Virus record (IMG/VR): IMGVR_UViG_3300035703_000080
Span: 3,850 to 67,849 of that record
Length of the DNA: 64,000 bases
Strand: one strand, 5' to 3'
Origin: a virus
Positions within the stretch are counted from its first letter, which is position 1. Every line of letters starts with the position of its first letter. The notes beneath the pieces are model-generated. The model made no database searches, was not told the DNA's origin, and was given only the letters and a program-made list of their open reading frames with translations. Below are positions 10,845 to 16,738 of this stretch, piece by piece. The position numbers were made by a program, and so were the translations under genes.

Positions 10845-10991
10845 TTAGCGCTGCGTGTTCGCGTCGATCTGTTTCTCTAGCGCATCGACAAGCGCATCGA
10901 CCCACTCCTTCGGTAACCCTTCTGTGTTGTACAAGCGCGCGTAGCGTGCCAGTTCTTCGGGCGTCAGACTTTGCGGTTGAATTCTTGGCAT
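10845..10991 (-). CDS. Hypothetical 48-aa protein (MPRIQPQSLTPEELARYA...)
   Basis: Translated by hand; fills the gap between the HTH gene and the primase in the operon direction. Confidence 0.6.
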   Translation of the reverse strand: MPRIQPQSLTPEELARYARLYNTEGLPKEWVDALVDALEKQIDANTQR

Positions 10992-11242
10992 GCTTGTATC
11001 CACGCTGTATCTGCGTTGGTGCTGGATTGAAGGATGTCGATCAGCTTCTCCACCAACGGACGATAGGGGGCGAGCACGTCACCCCCGACGATCCAGTTGT
11101 AAACGGTCTGGCGCGAGGCGCCAGTGAGCCGACCGATACGCATGACGGAGAAGTCTAGATCGACCGCCAGCCGCCCCAGCTTGTTGCCGAGCGACCGGTT
11201 GCCGTGCTTCACCGTGGTGATGGTTTTGACTGCGTAGGGCAT
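10964..11242 (-). CDS. HTH DNA-binding protein (Cro/CI-like)
   Basis: SVMRIGRLTGASRQTVYNWIVG is a helix-turn-helix pattern; ATG at 11242 chosen as start. Confidence 0.7.
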   Translation of the reverse strand: MPYAVKTITTVKHGNRSLGNKLGRLAVDLDFSVMRIGRLTGASRQTVYNWIVGGDVLAPYRPLVEKLIDILQSSTNADTAWIQACQEFNRKV

Positions 11243-11351
11243 GGTGTGGGGTGGGGTGGGGGCGGCCCCGGCGCAACCCGGGGCTATCGCGGTGCGGAGA
11301 CACTCAAGCGAGAACACCGCTCACGGCGCTGACCGCCGCCCCCGTAAGGGG

Positions 11352-12365
11352 TCAGTCGTCGTCCCAGTCCGCAGCCAGCTCAGCCAGCCGAGACTTGCCC
11401 GGTGCCGGGGCAGGGGCGGGAGGGTCTGCGCGGCGCACTTGCGGCTCCACGTCTTCCTCTTCAGGCGCAGGCTTCGTGGCTTCAGCGGCCTTGCGCGCCT
11501 CGACCACAGCCTTGGGCGGGCGCCCACGACGTGGGGCGGGAGCAGGCGGCTCGGCCTCCTCCGCCACCGGAGCGGGTGCAGGAGCAGGCACCGGGGCCGG
11601 CGCTGCGCCGCGCGGCGGCGCACCGTCCAGCTTGAGCCCTCCGACCTTGTCGGTCTGCGCCACCGTCATGGTGATCGCCGCCTTGGCGTCGTCCGTCTGG
11701 CCTTGCTCCTGCACGATGGCGTACTCGTCCTCGTTCAGCCAGCGCATCGGCTTGAAGCACAGCTTCGGCGCCTCCGCCTTGGTGTCGAACTTCAGGCGGG
11801 TGACCACCGTCTCGACGCCCACGTTCTGCGTGGCCAGCAGCCGCGCGTAGGCTTGCAGCGGCATGTTCTCGCCCTCGGCCTTGCCGAACAGCGACGCCGC
11901 CGGGACCTGCAACTGCATGACATCACCCTCGATGTCGTTGGCCAGCACCACCGCCAGACGCTGGCTGAACCGGCAGGCGCGAGACTCGCCTTGACCGGAG
12001 CCCCGCACGTTCTGCGGGCACGTGGCGCAGCGGTCCGCCTGGGGGTTCTGTGCCGAAGCATCAGGACGCTCGCCGTCCGCACTCCAGCAGTCCGGGCCTG
12101 CGGGAGAGTCCGGGTCGTACGACTTGAGGTAGAACGTGCGCCCGATCTTGGGCGCGGCGGAGACCACGACCACGTCGAGGTAGCGCTCATCGATGGCCGC
12201 GACTTGCTGGCCGTCCACCAACAGGCGGAACACGCCGCCCTTGATGGAGATGCGCTTGCCGCCCGCACCACCGCCTCCGGCGAGGGCCTTGGTCAGCGCG
12301 GATGCCGCCGCAGTGCGTGCGAAGGCGGGAACATTGGAACCAGAAAACAGAGCGATATTGCTCAC
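11352..12365 (-). CDS. Putative single-stranded DNA-binding/annealing protein
   Basis: Located in the replication module; KRISIKGGVF and CWSADG...CATCPQN motifs; Pro/Ala linker and acidic tail (WDDD). GTG start after GGAG. Confidence 0.65.
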   Translation of the reverse strand: MSNIALFSGSNVPAFARTAAASALTKALAGGGGAGGKRISIKGGVFRLLVDGQQVAAIDERYLDVVVVSAAPKIGRTFYLKSYDPDSPAGPDCWSADGERPDASAQNPQADRCATCPQNVRGSGQGESRACRFSQRLAVVLANDIEGDVMQLQVPAASLFGKAEGENMPLQAYARLLATQNVGVETVVTRLKFDTKAEAPKLCFKPMRWLNEDEYAIVQEQGQTDDAKAAITMTVAQTDKVGGLKLDGAPPRGAAPAPVPAPAPAPVAEEAEPPAPAPRRGRPPKAVVEARKAAEATKPAPEEEDVEPQVRRADPPAPAPAPGKSRLAELAADWDDD

Positions 12366-12375
12366 AGAGAACTCC

Positions 12376-12792
12376 TTACTTGGTGGAGGGTTTGCGGACA
12401 GAGACATCGAACTCCGTGTCGGAGTTCAGCCCCGGCGGCATCAGCGCGGGGTTCTCTTCCAAGAACTTCGCCATATTGCCTTGGTGAATACGTCGCTCAA
12501 GCAGGTCCACCGCTTCCTGCTCAACAACGAACGTCTTGAAAGATTCCCAGTCCTGCGTGTAGAACCGAGTCTTCTCAGACAAGACCACGGTGCCGTGGTC
12601 GGTGCGAACGGAACGCGAGCCCTGCGAGAGCATCATGTCCTTGATCGCGTTCTTGACTTCTTTCTGCTGCTCTTTCAGCGCGTCGATCTTGGCGTCGTAT
12701 TCAGCCTCGATCTCCGACAGCTTGGTGCGCATCTTCATGTAGATACGCACGAGCTTATCCAGAGGGATGACCTCCGGTGTGGGTGCTTCCAT
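12376..12792 (-). CDS. Conserved phage replication-module protein (138 aa)
   Basis: Coiled-coil N-terminus, SVRTDHGTV and DWESF motifs; SD AAGGAG upstream; preceded by a promoter. Confidence 0.7.
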   Translation of the reverse strand: MEAPTPEVIPLDKLVRIYMKMRTKLSEIEAEYDAKIDALKEQQKEVKNAIKDMMLSQGSRSVRTDHGTVVLSEKTRFYTQDWESFKTFVVEQEAVDLLERRIHQGNMAKFLEENPALMPPGLNSDTEFDVSVRKPSTK

Positions 12793-12837
12793 GCTTACTC
12801 CTTCAACGCAACCCGCTGAACTGCGGGTGTGTCTAAC

Positions 12838-12865
12838 ATTGTACAGGTCACTTCTTGGCCGTCAA
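12838..12865 (-). promoter_or_regulatory. Sigma70-like promoter overlapping a 16-bp operator-like site
   Basis: Minus strand TTGACG-N16-TACAAT; overlaps TGTCTAACATTGTACA (12830-12845). Confidence 0.55.
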
Positions 12866-15292
12866 CCCCCTTTCCGCGATCTCAGACTTGAACAGATCGA
12901 CCAGCAGCCGGTTGTCGTCAACCTTGCCCGCCAGGGCGGCGAACATCTTCTTCTCGACGGGCGAGCCTTGGATGTGGACGACGGTGACCTTGTCGCTGGT
13001 CTGCCCCTTGCGGTCGGCCCGGGCGCAGGCCTGGACGTACTGCTCGACGCTCATCAGCGGGCCGAAGAACACGACGGTGTCCGCCGCAGTCAGCGTGATC
13101 CCGTGCGCAGCCGCCTGGGGCTGCATGACCAGCACGCGCGGATCGGGCAGGGTCTGGAAGCGCTTGATGATGTCGCCTCGCTTGGTGGCCGTCACCCCGC
13201 CGTGGATCTCCTCGCACGCCACCCCGCGCTTGTTGAGGAACACCGAGATCGTCTCGATGGCCGCGCGGAACAGCGCGAACACGATGACCTTGCGGTCGGT
13301 CTCCTCCAGCACCTCCAGCAGCACGTTGAGCCGAGGCGTGGCGTCGAACTCCACCGTCTCCCCGTTGTCCGAGTAAGCCACGCCGCAACTGATCTGGAGC
13401 AGCTTGTTGAGCGCTGCCGCTGCGTTCACTGCCGTGATCGTCTCGCCTGCCGCCTGCGCCACCATCGCCGTCTTCAGCGCGTTGTAGTACTTGGCCTGCT
13501 GCGGGGTCAGCGGCACCTCTCGCGTCATCGTCACGACGGGCGGTAGGTCCAGGCACTGCTCCTTGGTGTAGCGGATGGCAGGCTGCAACGCCCGGTGCAC
13601 GCGGTCGGCGGCGTCGGCCTTGGGCGCCCACTTGAACATGGTGACCTTGTTCATCACCGTGTCGCGCCACGCGGTCTGGAAGGCGGGCACGCCCTTGGGG
13701 TTGACGAGCTTGGCCAGCCCGTAGGCGTCCACGGGCGACTGCGCCGCAGGCGTGCCGGTCATCATCCAGAGATAGGTGTTGGATGTCAGCAGCGAGTTGA
13801 GCACCTTCCACCGCTTGGTCTGCGGGTTCTTGTAGGCGTTGCAGTTGTGTACTACCCAGTGATCCCCAACAAGGTAGTTAGGTGCTCCTTCAACTTCGAG
13901 GTTGAAGACATCGACACCGCTTGGACATTCGATATACGAAACACTTTCCACCCAAGCGTCGCCAGTTTCTCTTCCTTCTTGCGATCCTGCTCTTGCCGTA
14001 TTTTCGCCGTATGGCTGTTGCCGTCCACTTCCAACCCCACCATCTGGTCGGGCCACGCGAAGTCGAGCTTGTAGTTCGTAGGAAAGCCGGGTTGCCTCCC
14101 ACCCAACGCTATTGGGTAGTTCCATACCCACCCCGCAGGCAAGACCTCGGAAATCAGTTGTTCGGCAGGCGTCATGCCCCTGCCGTTGCCGCCCTGTACT
14201 TTCGGTTTGTGCCATCGCGCCTTCAGTGCCGCCGACAGTTTCGCCCGATGCTCCGCTGTTTTCGGGCCTGTAGACTTGCCCCGTTGCTCTGGCGGCATTT
14301 TGTTGAAGTAGCTGGCCCCCGGATTCCGAGAGTGATACCTCTTCCGCGCGCAGGATTTCGAGCAGGTCAGGCCAAGCGGGTGGTTCTTTGCCATACCCCA
14401 AAGTACCCGGTGCCGCATATGGCGGAATTCCTGCCCGCAGGTATGACAGCTCAACACCAGATATGAGCCTTCTTCCCGTAAGATTTTTGGCGCACACCCA
14501 TCCGGCGTCTGTGAAGAAGGGGTGCTCGGGGGTGCATCGCAGTGTTTTTTCGTTTCCAAGACGGACCTCGACAAGTCGCGTAGCGGTATTGCGTACAAGA
14601 CGTTTTATACGTGCTACGCCGTTAGAAGTCAAGACCTTGTCCCCGGGCTGAAGCTGCTCGATTGAGTGTCGCCCCAGCGGCGTGCCCACGAGCGTGCCTG
14701 CCACAAAGCACTCATCGACGATCACGAGGTCGAAGCGCCCGTCGTTCTTCACCTCGGTCGAGATCAGGTCGAGCCCCTCGTAGTTGGTGATGACGATGTC
14801 ATGCCCTTCCTGCACGGCCTCTATGCGGCGCGATGCTTGCGCATGGTGGGCCACGATGGCGCTGCGGTGAATGACGGAGTTGCCGATGTCTTGCATCCAC
14901 GCGCTGTGCATGATCGACATGGGGCACAGGATGAGCACGCGCCGCACATCCCCGCGCGTCATCAGGTAGTCCGCCGCCCACAGCGCCGACAGCGTTTTGC
15001 CCGTCCCCGGCTCCGACAGCACGAACGCCCGCCGGTTGAGCGTGAGGAAGCTCGCTGTCTCCTGCTGGTGCGCCATCGGCTTGAAGCGCCCGGGCCAGTC
15101 GTAGCGCCCGTAGATGGGAGAGGGGACGTTGCGCACGCCCAGGTTGCGCAGGACCCGCGCTTCGTCCAAGCCCCAGTAGACCGCGATCTCGTAGCCCCCC
15201 GGGATCGGGAAGGCCTTGTGCTTGGGGATGATGCTGTACCGTTGCGGGTGCTGTGTCCTGAACAACAGGATCTTGTTTTCTACGATTTGCAC
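12848..15292 (-). CDS. SNF2/SF2 DNA helicase containing an intein
   Basis: Walker A EPGTGKT; Walker B VIVDE interrupted by an intein; MTGTP, HGITLT and QACARADRKGQ motifs. Confidence 0.9.
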   Translation of the reverse strand: MQIVENKILLFRTQHPQRYSIIPKHKAFPIPGGYEIAVYWGLDEARVLRNLGVRNVPSPIYGRYDWPGRFKPMAHQQETASFLTLNRRAFVLSEPGTGKTLSALWAADYLMTRGDVRRVLILCPMSIMHSAWMQDIGNSVIHRSAIVAHHAQASRRIEAVQEGHDIVITNYEGLDLISTEVKNDGRFDLVIVDECFVAGTLVGTPLGRHSIEQLQPGDKVLTSNGVARIKRLVRNTATRLVEVRLGNEKTLRCTPEHPFFTDAGWVCAKNLTGRRLISGVELSYLRAGIPPYAAPGTLGYGKEPPAWPDLLEILRAEEVSLSESGGQLLQQNAARATGQVYRPENSGASGETVGGTEGAMAQTESTGRQRQGHDACRTTDFRGLACGVGMELPNSVGWEATRLSYELQARLRVARPDGGVGSGRQQPYGENTARAGSQEGRETGDAWVESVSYIECPSGVDVFNLEVEGAPNYLVGDHWVVHNCNAYKNPQTKRWKVLNSLLTSNTYLWMMTGTPAAQSPVDAYGLAKLVNPKGVPAFQTAWRDTVMNKVTMFKWAPKADAADRVHRALQPAIRYTKEQCLDLPPVVTMTREVPLTPQQAKYYNALKTAMVAQAAGETITAVNAAAALNKLLQISCGVAYSDNGETVEFDATPRLNVLLEVLEETDRKVIVFALFRAAIETISVFLNKRGVACEEIHGGVTATKRGDIIKRFQTLPDPRVLVMQPQAAAHGITLTAADTVVFFGPLMSVEQYVQACARADRKGQTSDKVTVVHIQGSPVEKKMFAALAGKVDDNRLLVDLFKSEIAERGLTAKK
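13844..14710 (-). mobile_element. Intein (289 aa) in the helicase Walker B motif
   Basis: N-terminus CFVAGTLVGTPLG, block B CTPEHPFFT, block F/G VFNLEVEGAPNYLVGDHWVVHN, Cys +1. Removing it restores VDECNAYKN. Confidence 0.95.
13852..14598 (-). CDS. Vsr/DUF559-like PD-(D/E)xK endonuclease nested in the +1 frame of the helicase intein (start uncertain)
   Basis: CHTCGQEF...TCSKSC zinc finger, KTAEHRAKLS NUMOD3-like motif, YKLDFAWPDQMVGLEVDGNSH...DRKKEEKLATLGWKVFRISN nuclease core. Confidence 0.85.
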   Translation of the reverse strand: MYAIPLRDLSRSVLETKKHCDAPPSTPSSQTPDGCAPKILREEGSYLVLSCHTCGQEFRHMRHRVLWGMAKNHPLGLTCSKSCARKRYHSRNPGASYFNKMPPEQRGKSTGPKTAEHRAKLSAALKARWHKPKVQGGNGRGMTPAEQLISEVLPAGWVWNYPIALGGRQPGFPTNYKLDFAWPDQMVGLEVDGNSHTAKIRQEQDRKKEEKLATLGWKVFRISNVQAVSMSSTSKLKEHLTTLLGITG

Positions 15293-15305
15293 ATTTGCTC
15301 CTGCG

Positions 15306-15566
15306 TCACTTCATCGAGTGATCCTTGTTGCGCTTGAACGTCCGGTTCTTGCTTGCCGGTACAACCGACAAGTTCCCCGGGGATGTCTTGCCGCCCTTGC
15401 TCAGCGGCGTCTTGTGGTGCACGTCTTTCCCATCTCCTTTCTGGACTTTGCCTGCGGCCATCATCTGACGCCGCGCCTTGTTCCGTTCAGCGCGAGCCTT
15501 CTTGGCTTTCTCTGTCTGGTCGTAGGCGGGATAGGTATCTCGATCGTTCATGTCCTTGTACGGCAT
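15306..15566 (-). CDS. Small HNH-motif protein
   Basis: DVHHKTPLSKGG...NLSVVPASKNR; SD AGGAGG. Confidence 0.75.
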   Translation of the reverse strand: MPYKDMNDRDTYPAYDQTEKAKKARAERNKARRQMMAAGKVQKGDGKDVHHKTPLSKGGKTSPGNLSVVPASKNRTFKRNKDHSMK

Positions 15567-15574
15567 AAGCCCTC

Positions 15575-16243
15575 CTAATGTTCAGGATGAAACACGCAAG
15601 TCTTGACCGGGCACCACCCGCACAGCGGGCTCTGCGACGGGTTCCACACGTCGTTGGCGTGCGCTGCTTCGAGCTTCGCCACCCGCTCTCGGTACTTCCA
15701 CCACGCCGCCTCGGCCTCCTCACGCTCCATGCGGTGCTTGAACATGCTGCCCTTGACGATGAACATCAGGGCGGAGGACACGCGCCGGATGTGGGGGAAG
15801 TGCGTGAAGACCATCAGCGACATCAGCATGAGCTGGTCTTTGTCCGGGTACTTGTCGTTACCCGTTTTCCAGTCCACGACCCGCGCCGTCAGGTTGTCGT
15901 CGTTGATGATCAGCAGGTCTGCGATGCCCCGGACCCAGCGGTCCTTGGCGTCGAACGCGCAGGGCCTGAGGTCCGCCGTGACGCCCATCTCATGCTCGAA
16001 CAGCTTGCGCCCAGGGTGCGCCAGCACCGCGTCCACAACAGGCTGGAAGCCCGCCAGTGCCGGGGGCAATGGCGTGTTGTCCTTGCCGTACAGCTCGATG
16101 GCCTTGTGTACGTCCTTGCCGTAGATGGTGTGCTTGGTGTCCTTGAACGGGAACTTCTTGAGCACCTTGACTTCGTGGTAGCGCCGTGCGCAACCCTCGA
16201 AATCCTTGAGCCCGCTGTGCGACCATGTGATGGGAGTTGTCAT
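15575..16243 (-). CDS. PD-(D/E)xK (Cas4/RecB-like) exonuclease
   Basis: WSHSGLKDFEGC, RGIADL, VDWKTG and C-terminal CGWCPVKTC motifs. Confidence 0.85.
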   Translation of the reverse strand: MTTPITWSHSGLKDFEGCARRYHEVKVLKKFPFKDTKHTIYGKDVHKAIELYGKDNTPLPPALAGFQPVVDAVLAHPGRKLFEHEMGVTADLRPCAFDAKDRWVRGIADLLIINDDNLTARVVDWKTGNDKYPDKDQLMLMSLMVFTHFPHIRRVSSALMFIVKGSMFKHRMEREEAEAAWWKYRERVAKLEAAHANDVWNPSQSPLCGWCPVKTCVFHPEH

Positions 16244-16542
16244 CAGAACTTAGCCGAGAGGATGGCTTTGTTGAGCAGGCCGGAGAACTGGGTCACGAAC
16301 GCTTCGTCGTTGTGCAGCGGACTGCCCATCTCGTGAAGAATGGCATGCGTCAGCTCATGCCAGAACGTGTCGTAAAGCTCCTCGCGCTTGAACGCGCGGC
16401 CCGTGAAGTTGCTGTGCGTGACGACGTCGATGTACTTGGCGTCGTAGTTGACCTCACCAACCGTGAATCGCTTCCTCGGCTTGGCGCGCTGGTTGATGAT
16501 GTACAGCTTCTTGCCGACCTTGATTTGCTTTGGTATCTGCAT
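16243..16542 (-). CDS. Small zincin-like metallopeptidase-fold protein
   Basis: HExxH motif WHELTHAILH. Confidence 0.7.
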   Translation of the reverse strand: MQIPKQIKVGKKLYIINQRAKPRKRFTVGEVNYDAKYIDVVTHSNFTGRAFKREELYDTFWHELTHAILHEMGSPLHNDEAFVTQFSGLLNKAILSAKF

Positions 16543-16738
16543 ACAGTGCTTTCTCCTTTTCGTCCATCAACTTGAGCACATGCTGAAGCATGCGCGCTTC
16601 TGCCCCGAGTTCAATCGCCGCGTCTCGGGCTTCTGAGTACCTGTGCTCTAGGCACAGGTCGTGTGTGCGCTTGAGCATCTGCTCCATGCGAATCATGGGC
16701 GCGGCGTAATCAACGATGTCAGTCTTTTGCAAGTCCAT
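16454..16738 (-). CDS. Hypothetical protein (MDLQKTDIVDYA...)
   Basis: Overlaps the polymerase stop; its C-terminal part overlaps the next gene and may be a spurious extension. Confidence 0.55.
   Translation of the reverse strand: MDLQKTDIVDYAAPMIRMEQMLKRTHDLCLEHRYSEARDAAIELGAEARMLQHVLKLMDEKEKALYADTKANQGRQEAVHHQPARQAEEAIHGW

Noticed and set aside
15575-16243. Cas4 as evidence of a CRISPR system
   Set aside because: Solo PD-(D/E)xK exonucleases are routine in phage replication modules.
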